NCBI GenBank assembly: GCA_964016885.1
Contig: OZ024742.1
Span: 178,188,001-178,252,000, forward strand
From: Eledone cirrhosa
Taxonomy: Eukaryota
Direction: 5' to 3'
Length of the DNA stretch: 64,000 bases
Both the position numbers and the translations under genes were made by a program. The first letter of the stretch is position 1. Each line of letters starts with the position of its first letter. Positions 28,608-43,273 of this stretch are shown here, piece after piece. The notes beneath the pieces are model-generated. The model worked only from the letters and a program-made list of their open reading frames with translations. It searched no databases and was not told where the DNA came from.

Positions 28608-29319
28608 TAAAAGGAAAAGAAAATGCTGACAAATTTTTCCCAGTGAAAAATAGTTTAATTAAGAATAAGTATAAATTAGTAATAAGTATTGGTTAGTATT
28701 CAGTTTTAGTTTTAGGTTTTTACCGGTTGCGCATTTCTAATGCTTTTCAAAAATAATTTTGAGATAGATCGCCCGTGATGTTTGCTCTAATCAGATCAGT
28801 TTTTAAAATTCTACCTGTTTTATGTGAAAAAAGAAGCTCCAGGGGTATTAAGATTTGGTTGGTTGTTGAATGTCACGTGAATGAGTACTGAAAATTTCGC
28901 GCCAATTCGTGTTGCAAAAATTCTTGTAGTCAAAACAATTTTGATTGGTCGGTAGAGGTCACGTGAATGTTAAAGATTGATTTTGCGCCAAATGTAGGTT
29001 TGTCGAAGAGTGTCTTTTTTCGCCTCATTGAGAAGTCACTGAAAAATAAGTATTTTAAGACAAATATGTGTGTGTGTGTAGTAAAGAGGTTCATTGTTGT
29101 GATAATGGTCAGTAGGGATGTGTGTGTGAATTGCAGTCATGTTGAAAAGTCAACAGTTCAGGTGTCTATTAAGACAAATGTGTGTGTGTGTGTAGCAGAG
29201 TGGTTCGTGGTAGAGGGATTCGGTCAGTAGGAATGTGTCTGTACGTGTGTGGGGGATATTTTAACATGTTGAAAGATATTTTTCAGCTCTTGTCTTATAC
29301 GGAGAAGTGTGTGTGTGTG

Positions 29320-29405
<86 letters not shown>

Positions 29406-29451
29406 TATGTTAGTGTACGCGTGTGTATGTGTGTGTGTGCATATGTGTGTG

Positions 29452-29507
<56 letters not shown>

Positions 29508-30510
29508 TGTGTGTGGACCAGTATTTTTGTGATACTGGTAAAAATGGTGTACATTATTCGATATTTTCAGTAATTTGCAAAAACGATTCTCTCAAAAGAA
29601 CATCAAAAACATCAATAATAAAAGAGGTGAAATGATATATAGTATTGTCATAACACCAAGGTGTGTGTGAGTGTCCAGATTGTACGTACTGCAAGGGGAA
29701 TCCATTAGGCCCTGCCGTATGGGAATACTTGTGTACAAATATGTATGTGCCCATCAGTGTGTAATGCATGTGTGCGTATATGTATGTGTGTGTGTCGGCA
29801 CGTTTATATCTATAGACATCAAAAGGTATGCAAATTTGTGTATATTTGTGTTGCACCATAGAACATGTGTGTTTACGTATGTCATTGTGTTTATATGTGG
29901 ATAGAAATGTATGTAGGATGTATGCTGATGTAGGTATGTATGTTGACGTGTGTATGTTGTGGGTTCGTCTTAGGGAGAAGTGTTTAGACGGGTTTCGTAT
30001 TTGTTAATAAAGTGAGATTCCTTGCTGATGCGCTGGGTGTGGGTGGCATTATCTTTAAATTTGTAGAGGGGAAAGATTCTAAAGTTGGAATGATTTGGGG
30101 CGGCACAGGTATCAATGTGTTCACTCAGTGGTATTTTTCTGTATTCCCGTATTTTAATTTGGGATCTATGGACAGTCATGCGTTGGCGGAGGCTGTTTTT
30201 AGTCTGGCCTATGTATTGTTCTCGACAACCTGAGGAAGTTAATACATATATTAGATTTTCTGATGCGCATGTGAAATTGTGTTTTACTATAAAACGTTGT
30301 CCTTCTTTGAAATAGAATTCCGAACCCTCTATTAGGTTGATGCATATGCCACAGTTGGGTCTATCGCATTTTTTTACTGTGGGTTTCGTTGTTGTGGTTG
30401 GCAGTACTTTGGCATGTGTTAGGATGTTTTTCATTGACTTAGATTGTCTTTTGTTCTTTATGATATCGTGTGTTCGATGGATTTGGTTCATTCTATGGCC
30501 CTTTTTTAAT
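28604..30510 (-). mobile_element. 5'-truncated Penelope-like element (Neptune/Poseidon-type GIY-YIG) with long 3' UTR
   Basis: GIY-YIG ORF at 29970-30491, a microsatellite-rich 3' UTR and an HHR-like motif at 28717-28753. A second copy of the 3' end lies at 54547-55060. Confidence 0.8.
29970..30491 (-). CDS. PLE GIY-YIG endonuclease with Zn-knuckle linker (partial)
   Basis: CDRPNCGIC...FTCASENLIYVL..C..QYIGQT..LRQRM..HR...KE...LN. Confidence 0.85.
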   Translation of the reverse strand: MNQIHRTHDIIKNKRQSKSMKNILTHAKVLPTTTTKPTVKKCDRPNCGICINLIEGSEFYFKEGQRFIVKHNFTCASENLIYVLTSSGCREQYIGQTKNSLRQRMTVHRSQIKIREYRKIPLSEHIDTCAAPNHSNFRIFPLYKFKDNATHTQRISKESHFINKYETRLNTSP

Positions 30511-30517
30511 ATATATA

Positions 30518-30912
30518 TAGTGAAAGAGTGAAGAATAACATGGTCAAAAGTTCAAAAAGAGTGTTATCTACAGTATTAACAATTGTTTTATTCTGATGAT
30601 TTTGTTCAGCATACATTGTATTTAAAATTGAGTGACACAACTTCAAGTGATTAGCAATTTTTAGATAACTTAATCAATGAAACAATTGTTAATACTGTAA
30701 ATAAGACCCTTTTTGTATTTTTGACCATGTTATTCTTCACTCTTTCACTATTATTACTCCAAGATAAACTTACATAGGAATTCCCGAGAACTCATAAACT
30801 CGCCACCTAAGGAGACCTCTTGTGGAGTCAAACAACGCCGTACGCTAAAACTATCCACAATACGGAGTATTCACAACCTCTAACTGGATTACCTATAACG
30901 ATAATTTGTTAT

Positions 30913-30914
<2 letters not shown>
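30518..30914 (+). mobile_element. PLE terminus with inverted 5' copy and a long-stem-II HHR (30589-30694)
   Basis: 30518-30588 is inverted relative to ~30680-30752. The HHR reads tatt CTGATGA...GAAAC aatt GTT aata. Homologous to 53970-54300. Confidence 0.65.
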
Positions 30915-30972
<58 letters not shown>

Positions 30973-31300
30973 AATAACTGTCTCTATTTTTATACGCCTA
31001 TCAATAATACCAAACATCAATAAAGTCTCCTTCTTAATATGTTGTTTTTTTTCTTTTATTCTTTTATTTTATATTTTATTTTTATTTTTGTTTCTTCGTT
31101 GGTTTCTGAGTTTCTTTGCCTTTTTATATATTTCTTTATTTACTTAGTTTGTGTCTATGTGTGTATGTATATATATATATATATGTGTGTACGTGTGTGC
31201 GTGCGTGTGTGTCAGTGTGTGTGTGTCAGTGTGTGTGTGACTCTGTGTGTGTATATATATATATATATATGTGTGAGTATATATATATATATATATATAA

Positions 31301-31340
<40 letters not shown>

Positions 31341-31959
31341 GCATCTTGTATTTTGTCGTGTTTCTCCTGCAGGAATGCAGCAATATCTGTAGAATTGTCT
31401 AATTGAAGATAATCATTTTGTCTGGCCATTTTCTAAACCAATTACCTACCTCTTCTTTTTAGCTCTGATTTGTTCTTTTCAGAGATTTTAATGTCACAGG
31501 ATATAATTAAAAACTGTATCACTACTATATATTACAAAGATAGAAAGCCAACTTGTTATATAGACGCTATAATTAAAGAGAAGAGGCTTGTTGTTGAGAA
31601 AATATAGAGAAAAGACAAGAGCCGTTAAATAAGTATTTTGTGAGAGTGTCATGTTTTCCTTTTTGCGCGTTTTCTTATGTTTCAGTCATGTCTTAAATAT
31701 ACTCACGTGATTTTCGCCTCTCAAATTTCTGGTTCTGGGTTCAGTCAAAGGTTGACCAATGCCTTTTATGTGGAATTTGGTAGGTTGAAACTGAAGAATT
31801 CTGTTCAATATATATATATATACATGTATAGATATATATAGAGAGAGAGAGAATTAATACATCTACCAACATATGCGTACAGATGTACACTAATACTAGT
31901 AAATATATAAGTTATGTCAAAGTACCTAGGTGGTTCAATTCAGGGGGATGCAGAACAAT

Positions 31960-32230
31960 TATATGAAAGGCGTAAAATAAGAAAATTTTAAAAATTAAAA
32001 ATTAACTTACTTACTAAAATTTTCACTCCAACTAATTAGTTTCTGTAATGGGATAAATATAGTTACACAATGTAACTATCGAGATGATAGTAATGAATAG
32101 ATGACGTAATGAATTCTCGATAGTTACATTGTGTAACTATATTTATCCCATTACAGAAACTAATTAGTTGGAGTGAAAATTTTAGTAAGTAAGTTAATTT
32201 TTAATTTTTAAAATTTTCTTATTTTACGCC

Positions 32231-32239
<9 letters not shown>
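31960..32239. repeat. Inverted repeat, ~125-bp arms with a 30-bp spacer
   Basis: 31960-32084 is the reverse complement of 32115-32239. It contains GAAAC TAATTA GTT, an HHR 3' half, and ends in (TA)n. Confidence 0.9.
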
Positions 32240-32297
<58 letters not shown>

Positions 32298-32445
32298 TAA
32301 CAGATTAAAGTTTAAGCAAACAATAGCTGCTTTCACCCTTAACGGGATCTTCTGAAACAATATATATTTTTATATATATATTATCCTTATTGAGCCCTCT
32401 TCGGATTTTAGTCTTCACATTTATTATTATTGCTATAAATATATA

Positions 32446-32515
<70 letters not shown>

Positions 32516-32552
32516 CGTGCGTGCGTGTGTGCGTGCGTGTGTGTGTGTGTGT

Positions 32553-32648
<96 letters not shown>

Positions 32649-32925
32649 GTGTGTGTATAACTGAAAAGTCCGTTTGTTTTTGGCCGTGCAAAGCAATTGG
32701 GTTAGATGGGCAAGGTAATAATAATAAGACAATTGTGAGAGAAACCAAATAAAGGAGACTCATATAAAAAAAAAAAATCGGAAAAGACTGACACATGGAC
32801 AGTCCCTGCTCATCGGCTATCTTCTAGTAGTCTCCATAGTTTCGGAACCTTTAAAGATTTCTTCCCTGTGCATTAATAGTTTCTAAAAGAAAGAGATTAA
32901 TTCGATATATATATGTGTGTGTGTG

Positions 32926-33019
<94 letters not shown>

Positions 33020-33375
33020 TGTGTGATTGTACACACCTGACCATTTCGGCAGAGCTACCAATGAATAACCATTGTTAGCTTAAATGAACCTTAAAAATTA
33101 GGAGTGCCCCCCACTCCCAGTGTGAACCTGTCTACAGACACTTAGCTAGAATTGTTTCTGCCTTTGTTACGCTAAATATAGTTTTTAAAGAATGCCCTTT
33201 TCTTTAAATTCTTTACATCCATCAACCAATGACCTCCACTCATCCCAATCACCACCCTCTCCTACCACCAGAAAAGATATAAATCCCACCATATTACTTG
33301 GATGGACATTCAGCTTCCTGGTGATTTCTCCCGAATGAAACAGTTCTAGTCCTGTAGAAGCCATTTCTATATTAA

Positions 33376-33459
<84 letters not shown>

Positions 33460-33612
33460 TTATATACATACATACTTCTATGTATATGTGAGTGTGTTTG
33501 TCTGCCTGCGTCTATGTTTACGTTCGTCTGTCTGTGTTTATGTTCCTAAATTAGCAGTTGAAGAAAAAGAATCGATAAAACAAGAATTGCTGCCAATGTT
33601 GTTACATTGTGT

Positions 33613-33780
33613 GGGCGCAGGCATGGCTGAGTGGCTAAAGGTTTACTTGGCAAGCAATCACGAAGTCTCAGTTTCGATCCAACAGCGTGGCATCTTGGGA
33701 AACTGTCGTTACTACGGCCAGAAGTCGATACAAACTTTGTAAGAGAAATTGGGTACACTAAAACTCTTCTGAAGCCTGTC
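33613..33780 (+). mobile_element. Second tRNA-derived SINE family (diverged)
   Basis: GGCATGGCTGAGTGG A-box and GTTTCGATCC B-box. Related minus-strand pieces lie at ~34490-34620 and ~49330-49470. Confidence 0.6.
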
Positions 33781-34824
33781 TAATTCAGTGCCCAGCATTG
33801 TCACATATTCTTTCACGCCGATTCGACTTGAGAATTATATTAAGGGTACCCGTATCTGTCGAATCCTTCACTAATTACCCGTTAATTCATTAGATTTGCG
33901 TTCAGTTTATTAAACAAGTGATTGCTTATCATCGATACTGACGGTGAATTTACCATCATTTTATAGAAAACGTAAAGAAAATAGTATTTTAAAAGAGCAT
34001 TTGGCTTGTTTCATGTCCACGCACGCATATATGATATTATTTCCACTGAAGACAAAAGACTATTCGGTAAAACATAAATTTGGTGGTTTATTAATGTCGC
34101 GATAGCAAACATGACATCGGCTATTATGAAATAAATATCTTTCATTTTTTTCAACTCTTATTTTGTATCAATATTTTCTTCCAGCTGTTTTGTAACCAAC
34201 GATGTTTCCCCTAACAACAATGCATATAACAACAACTTTTATTTTCTTCATTTAACCCTTTTCTGACCGTATATCTAATTAATTATCTAATTAATTAATT
34301 AATTAAGAAATTTGAAGGATGTGATCCAGTTGTTCGATCACGAAAGTGATCGATCATTTGATTATCATACTAGTGAATGAAATTTACTCAGACGTCTGTT
34401 CATTTAACGTAATTCAATGTGTCGTTGTGTGTGACAAAGCTGACATTTTGAATTACAGGTAATCTATCTGACAGACAGACTTAAACACACTTACCGTCTA
34501 CCTAATTTCACTCGCACTGTTTGTGTCAACTCGGGGCTACTGTAAAGTACACTTGTCCAAGGTGTCATGCAGGGGAATCGAATCTGGAAATACATGATTG
34601 TGAAATGAAACTCTTAATCGATCGGTTATACTACTACCAAACAACATTAGTTAGTAGCATGCTAGTATCTGCGATCAGTAGTTACATAACTCCGTCTAGT
34701 TGAGTTGGGCTGCACTGCACTGCATTACCTGTGCTAACCCCAGCTATCTCTACGACTTAAAATGATATTATGTCGATTTTGTATCCTCCGTCAACTTCGA
34801 CGATGAGCATACACACATATATAT

Positions 34825-37681
34825 ATGTCAATGACTAGGAGTAAGAGGCTCAGTGACGGCAAGAGCCCCTGACGAACTACGGTCTTTACCTGGAGACTCT
34901 CTGACAGTTGGCCGGCATGGGATATCTTGCAACTCATGTCTTGGTAAGTGCACCAAATGAGGGAGATAATCTTCCTAGGCACGCTGTGGTGTATCATCAG
35001 CTCCCACAGTGTCTCTCTGGCCACACTGTCGAATGCTTTCTCTTTGTCTATGAAGTTGATGTAGAGTGGAGGAATTCCACTCAAGTGACTGCTCCACAAT
35101 GATGTGTAGGTTGGTGATCTGATCAACAGACGATCTGTTCCTGCGGAATCCCGCCTGCTAATCCAGGGGCTTGTAGTCGACTGCTTTCCTTATCCTGTCG
35201 AGTAGTACTTGCCGAGCACTGATAGGAACACGATTCCTCGGTAGTTGCTGCAGTTCCTGAGATCACCTTTCTTCGGCAGTTTGATGATGATCTTTTCCTT
35301 ACTCGGAGTCGGGACATCTTCCTTCTCCCAGTTCTTACTGAAGATGCTGTGTAGCATGTTGACAGCTTTGTGTCTGCTTTGATGGTTTCTGCTCGAATTA
35401 CATCCGGGCCTGCAGCGTTACTATTTTTCTGTGTCAGGATGACTTTCTTGATCTCTACTTTTGAGGGTTTGTCACAGTTGATGGGTAGTTGAGTCTATGC
35501 TGGTGTGATATCTGGTGGTACTTTAGGGGTGGGGTCTGCAGCTCCCTGAAGTGCTCTGCCCATCGTTTCAGTTGTTCCTCGGTTGTTGTCAATGGGTTCC
35601 CATCTTCTCCTTCACTAGCTTCTCTGTCCACTGGAATTTGCCTGTTAGCTTTTTGGTCACTTGACACAGGTCTTTAATGTTCCCCTGTCCTGCTGCTTTC
35701 TCTGTTTGACTGGCCAGGTTGTCGATGTCATCATCATCATCATTCTTCGACTACTGTCGAGATGATGGATCTCACTCTCATGCCCCAGAATTCCCTGTCC
35801 CCCATATAGTGTGGTTCCCTGAGGAACAGGAACCCTGGTGCAGTCAGTTGCGAAATCCATCATCTTTTCGAATAGCTAATAATGTGTGTGGGCGCCACTA
35901 CTACAGTCTCTCTTGTCCTTCTTGATGTTTCACTTCACTTCCGTGTCAGCCACTGTGTACTCTTCCTGTGCTCTTGCCTTGGCTACCTTTGTTCGGCTCA
36001 TATTCAGGATGGCTTTCTTCTCTGTCCTTGCTTCCAATTTCTGGGTGGTGTCTGCAGAGATCCATTCCTTGTCCTGGGTTTTCTTCTTTCCAGAAACCTC
36101 TTCGCATGTGTCGTGCCAGAGTTTCTTGGTGTGTTGCCACTGTGTTTCAATGTCTGTCCCACTGTCTTCTATCAGATCTAATAGAGGCTGGTACCTCTTT
36201 GTCAGGCTTATTCGGAAAGCTGCCTGTGTGTCATTATTCTTGAGCAGTGGATTGGCAGTATCGGTAGAGAGTCGGACGCCATGCTTTCCAGCATAGTTAC
36301 GTCCCTTTACGATCTGAGTTCAAATCCCGCCGAGGTTGACTTTGCCTTTCATCCTTACGGGGTCGATAAAATAAAGTACCAGTAATGCACTGGGTAATTG
36401 CTGGCCTTGTGCCTAAAGTAGAAACAATTATGACGGGCGGTGAATTGACAGTATCGGTAGAGGGTTGGACGCCATGCTTTGACGCATAGAGTTACTGCCC
36501 TTGCCATTCTGAGTTCAAATCCTGCCGAGGTTAACTTTGCCTTTCATCCTTACGGGGGTCGATAAAATAAAGTACCAGTAATGCACTGGGTAATTGCTGG
36601 CCTTGTGCCAAAAGTAGAAACAATTATTCTTGAGCAGTGGATTGGCAGTATCGGTAGAGAGTCGGACGCCATGCTTTCCAGCATAGTTACGTCCCTTTAC
36701 GATCTGAGTTCAAATCCCGCCGAGATTGACTTTGCCTTTCATCTTTACGGGGGTCGATAAAATAAAGTACCAGTAATGCACTGGGTAATTGCTGGCGTTG
36801 TGCCTAAAGTAGAAACAATTAATCTTGAGCAGTCTAACGTTGTATCTTGTTCATGTGTGGCCTATATTGGTGGATCTTTTGAGCCGAGGTCTCACTGGTG
36901 TCAGAAGAAGGTAGTGATCTGATGGCATGTCGGCACTTTTCATCACTCGTACATCCCGCATCATCCCCTGAACCTCCGACTGATACAGATGTGATCAACC
37001 TGGTTCTCTGTGGATCTCCATGTGGTTTTGTGGATGTGTTCGTGCGGGAAGATGTTTCCTCCTATCATCAGTTTGTTCAGGGCGCTGGTCAGCAAAGCGT
37101 TCACCATTCCCCGTTCATCTGTCCCTGTCCATGTGTCCCCATGATATCCTCATAACCTGTGTTATCCTGTCCTGCCTTGGCGTTGAAATCTTCCATCAGT
37201 ATTGTCATGTCTTTGGTTCCTCCTTTGTCTATCACTGCGTGTAGCTGTTGGCAAAAATCATCTTCCACATCATTGGTAGGAGCATAACCCTGGATGATGT
37301 TTAGCTTGATCTTGGTGTCATTCATCTTGGCGGATAAACTGGCTGTGATGATAGGTTCCCAGTCTATGAGTACCCGCTGCTGCACCTCCCACACCAGCAT
37401 CAGGACCACACCCTCAGTATGAGGGGCTATATCCTCTGTGTGTCCTGAATACAGCAACTGTACGCCGGATGAATGCTTCAGATGTCCTCTCTGTAGCCAC
37501 CTTGCCTCATTCAGTCTTAGTACTCCTATCTTGTAGTTCTTCATCTCCCTCTCTACTTGGACTGTCTTACCTGGTTTATACATCGTCCTTATGTTCCATG
37601 TAGCAATTTTTGTTGTTGTCCTGAGTGTCAGAATGGGGGTCGACCTCATAGTTGCCTCTAGGCTTTCACTGCACTGCATCA

Positions 37682-37682
<1 letters not shown>
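34825..37682 (-). pseudogene. Degenerate RTE-clade LINE (APE endonuclease plus partial RT), interrupted by SINEs
   Basis: KIATWNIRTM, NEARW, YAPTN, EDFNAK, LKRWAEHF, YINFIDKEKAFDSV and VRQG. Confidence 0.85.
36250..36822 (+). mobile_element. Three tandem SINE copies (A-B-A)
   Basis: Three ~190-bp units. The target sequence TCTTGAGCAGT occurs at 36238, 36628 and 36823. Confidence 0.9.
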
Positions 37683-37737
<55 letters not shown>

Positions 37738-37742
<5 letters not shown>

Positions 37743-37932
37743 AACGAGTGGGACCCCGACGGCTGAGCTCAAGCCGTTTCGACGGCTAATTCTGGACAGA
37801 ATTAGCCGTCGAAACGGCTTGAGCTCAGCCGTCGGGGTCCCACTCGTTCCTATTACCCACTCTACTACCCTAAGTATTGAGTACTTTGGTGCGTTATGGT
37901 CCACCTGGATCCTTACCACATTTCCTTCGTTT
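37738..37932 (+). mobile_element. Short fold-back element, copy 2
   Basis: Perfect palindrome at 37738-37853 plus a tail homologous to 2455-2532. Confidence 0.8.
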
Positions 37933-37963
37933 TATATATATATATATATATATAAATATATAT

Positions 37964-38556
37964 ATTGTTATACTTGGGGATGGTCATATTGTTATAATAA
38001 TATTGCCAGAATTAATAACAGAACACACTCACTGTTTGGTTGGTTTTCGCTTCTGTATCTTTTATATCAGTTAATTCATTCGGTCCTCAATGTTTACCAT
38101 TGACTGACCAACGGTCAAAAATACAGATATAATATAGATATAAACACATATATATAGTCTAACAAAGTTCTTTCGTTGCACATCTGACACATCGTCAGAG
38201 GTGCTATTATGTTCCTCTTGTATTGTATATCTACGCCATCTTTATTTTCTTTGCTTATTTATTTATTTATTTTTGTTTTCTTCTCTGTGCATGCGTTTGC
38301 GTGTGTGTATAGTGTTTGGTGTGTGTTCGCAATGAATAATGTTTAGCTTGATCTTGAACAAACAATACTGACTTAAGAGAAATATAAGTAAATAAATAAA
38401 TAAATATATACACGAGCACAATAACAACAAACACATATAAGCACACACTATTAAACTAAGATAGAATACAATAACCAAAACACAGTCACCCAAACGCGAA
38501 CACACACCAAACACTATACACACACGCAAACGCATGCGCAGAGAAGAAGAGAAAAA

Positions 38557-38591
<35 letters not shown>

Positions 38592-38884
38592 ACAGATAAA
38601 ATAAAGATGGCGTAGATATACAATACAACAGGAGGAACATAATAGCACCACTGACGATGTTGCAGATGTGCAACGAAAGAACTTTGTTAGACTATATATA
38701 TGTGTTTATATCTATATTATATCTGTATTTTTTACCAGTGGCCAGTCAATGGTAAACATTGAGGACGAATGAATTAACTGATATAAAAGATACAGAAGCG
38801 AAAACCAACCAAACAGTGAGTGTGTTCTGTTATTATTTCTGGCAATATTATTACAACAATATGACCCTCCCCAAGTATAACAAT
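37964..38884 (+). mobile_element. PLE-type element with inverted terminal copy; HHRs at 38647-38688 (+) and ~38160-38202 (-)
   Basis: 37964-38330 is the reverse complement of ~38496-38884. The + HHR reads CTGACGA t GTTGCA gatg TGCAAC GAAA GAAC TT. Confidence 0.8.
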
Positions 38885-38945
38885 CTTTGTTTCGACACAC
38901 GATTTCATATCAAAAACCTCGCAAAACAAATATAGATATATATAT

Positions 38946-39363
<418 letters not shown>

Positions 39364-39484
39364 ATACGTATGAGACATTGAAAATAGTAATGTATTTCGC
39401 ATAAGCCATAAGTTGGTCTGTACCTACATGCATGAGTGAGAGAAACAGAAAAAGAGAAAAATAGAACGTATGTATGTGTGTGTG

Positions 39485-39486
39485 AA

Positions 39487-39519
<33 letters not shown>

Positions 39520-39823
39520 CTGGTTGGACGTGAAGTAAGAATATAAGACAGACAGAGAGATGGGGAGAGAGGGAGAGAGAGAGACTGATTGGACGTGAAG
39601 AAAGCGTATAAGACAGACAGAGAGAGAGGGGGAGAGAGGGAGAGAGAGAGACTGATTGGACATGAAGTAAGCGTATAAGAAAGACAGAGAGAGGTGGGAG
39701 AGAGACTGATTGGACGCTAAGTAAATGTATAAGAGAAAGAGATAGAAAGAGTGAGAGAGAGAGAGACCATATGGACGTGAGGTAAGCGTATAAGGAACAC
39801 AGAGAGAGGGAGAGAGAGAGAGG

Positions 39824-39875
<52 letters not shown>

Positions 39876-40140
39876 GAGAGAGAGAGTGAGACAGAAAGAG
39901 AAGGAGAGAAAGAGAGACTGTATATACGTTATGTACATGAATAAGAGAGAGAGAGAAAGAGCGAGAAAGAGACAGAGACAGAGAGAGACAAAAACAAAGA
40001 GGTTATATATACGTTATATACAAGTATAAGTGAGAGAAAGAGAAAGAGAGAAAGAGAGAGAGAGAGAGACAGGCAAAGAGGGTAAGAAAGAGAGACGTAA
40101 CGAACATGTATGAGACACAGAGAGAGAGAGAGGGGGGGTA
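39485..40140. repeat. GA-rich degenerate ~60-bp repeat
   Basis: GAGACTGATTGGACGTGAAGTAAGCGTATAAGA recurs about 5 times within (GA)n. Confidence 0.75.
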
Positions 40141-40452
40141 GAGACTATGCTAATTAATGTACCAAGTATCTTCATCTACTGACCATCTTTGATCATGATT
40201 CACTGTTTTATATATATTTTTGTGCAATTTTATAGTTTGTTTATTTTTCAGTTTTTTTTTGTTTTTTTTTTGTAATTTTTGTAGTCGCCGTCGTTGTTTT
40301 AGGTTTATTTTTATTGTAGTTTTTGTTGTTCTTTCAAATAGCTTGCAGTGAAACATTCCTATACATTCTATTCTCATTTATCAAACCTATTAATTGAAAA
40401 AGAAAACACAAAATAATAAACATAAAGAAATATAAAAAGGAATATAAATATA

Positions 40453-40611
<159 letters not shown>

Positions 40612-40647
40612 TCCTTTTTATATTTCTTTTAAAATAAAAACAATCTG

Positions 40648-40701
<54 letters not shown>

Positions 40702-41232
40702 CAGATTGTTTTTATTTTTGTTTTGTGGTTTTTTTTTTGGTCTTTTTTTTTTCAGACATGGCTTAATGTTTTGGTGTTGAGATAGATCTTTGGTAAAATA
40801 AATTGCTTCCCCACTACCACCAAATACCACTACCTCAGACGACGCCACAACTACCACCACTACCACCATCACCACCACATTATTTAGATGTAACGGTTTG
40901 TGTATACACACTCACACACACATATATATATATATATATATAACAGAATAACTATATATATATATATATATATATTGATATATATATACATATATATATG
41001 TGTGTGTGTGTGCGTATATATATATATACGCACACACACACACACACATATATATATATGTATATATTGATATATATATATATTAATATATTGATATATA
41101 TATATATATATTAATATATATATATATATTGATATATATGTATATTTATATTTATATTTATATTTATATTTATATATATGTGTGTATATATATATATATA
41201 CATATGTGTGTGTATGTATATATATATTGATA

Positions 41233-41263
<31 letters not shown>

Positions 41264-41352
41264 TTATATTTATTTATATATATATATATTTATATATTTA
41301 TAAATTATATATATTTATATATATATATATATTGTGTGTGTGTGTGTGTGCC

Positions 41353-41399
<47 letters not shown>

Positions 41400-42038
41400 T
41401 TATATATATATAATACATATATATATATATATGTGTGTGTGTATGTATATATATATATATATATAATATTATATCTCACATCTTTTATTATTATATATGA
41501 ACATATTTGTATATATTTTATTAAATATAAAAGAACTAGAATATCATAAAATAAAGAAAAACAAATATGCCCACCAGAGAAAAAAAATTGAAAACTAGAA
41601 CAAACAAACACACAAACACACAAACACACACAAACACATACATAAACAAACACATAAGAAAGAAAGTAAGATTATCTTAAGAGTTGTGTCAGATTTTTCA
41701 GCGAGTTCATTAAAAAATAAGTATTCTGTTAAATATTTTACACGGGCAGATAACCCGTGTATTTACTTCATTATAGAAACATGCTATATCTCACGCTTTA
41801 TTCGTAGTGGTTTTAACATTATTATTTTTTTTTTTTGCTATTATTATTAGGATTGTTGTTGTTGTTGTTACTATTGTTATCATTACTGCAAGAAACTTTT
41901 AGATGGATGGAAATTACTGAGTTTAAGAAAGAATGAAAAATGAGAAAAATATAAAAAAAGATTTTTGTTCTTTATTTGAAATTAATAACTTAGCCAATTT
42001 TAATGCATATTTAAATATCTAGACTATATTCTCTCCCT

Positions 42039-42077
<39 letters not shown>

Positions 42078-42382
42078 CCCTCTCTCTCTCTCTCACTCAC
42101 TCTCTCTCTCTCTCTCACTGACTCACCCATCTTCCTTTCTTTCTCTCTCTCTCTCTCTCTCTGACTCACCCATCTTTCTTTCTCGCTCTCTCTCTCTCAC
42201 TCCTCTCAATTCTTCGTTCATTCATTCTATCTCAGTTTTTCCTTCTCTTCTTCTTTCCCTCTCTTCCTTTTTTCTCTCTTCCTCTCTCCCTTGTCTCTCT
42301 TCCTTTTTCCATTTTCTCTCTTCCTCTCTTCTCCTCTACCCCACTCTTCCTATCTCTTCTTTCTTTCACTATCTTTCACTTG

Positions 42383-42458
<76 letters not shown>

Positions 42459-42746
42459 TACTCATTGCCATCTAATTCTCTCCTCATTGTGATCTTGGCT
42501 CATTTATTGAAAATAAGAAAGAAATCTATACATGAATGTGTTTACTGTTTCAATGTAAGAATTTCCTGTTCTGTTATTATGTTCTTTTTCACACTAGTTG
42601 CTTTATATTATTTCTACCTCTTGCTTCCAGCTAAATAGACAAATCTTTAATGTACACTTCTTAATCCACCGAGAATATCTACTTTTTTATACCGATTCAC
42701 ACTAAAATGCTTTTAATGCGTTTCATTGCTGCTATATATATGTATG

Positions 42747-42809
<63 letters not shown>

Positions 42810-42828
42810 GTGTGTATATATATATATG

Positions 42829-42921
<93 letters not shown>

Positions 42922-43001
42922 ACATACGTATTATATATATATATATTTATATAAATGATATAATTCCCCTCATAACTTTGGTTCTTTATTCAATTCATAC
43001 T

Positions 43002-43090
<89 letters not shown>

Positions 43091-43128
43091 TTATGTGTGC
43101 GTGTGGGATGCATGGGCATGTGAATGCG

Positions 43129-43168
<40 letters not shown>

Positions 43169-43273
43169 CGTGTGCACAAAAATACATACATACATAAATA
43201 TATATGTATGATTGTGCGTATGATATATATATGAGTGTGTATGTGTGTTTGTGTTTGTGTGTGTGTGTGTGTA

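Noticed and set aside
36250-36330. tRNA genes
   Set aside because: The A/B boxes belong to SINE heads. There is no cloverleaf, and the SINE core follows.
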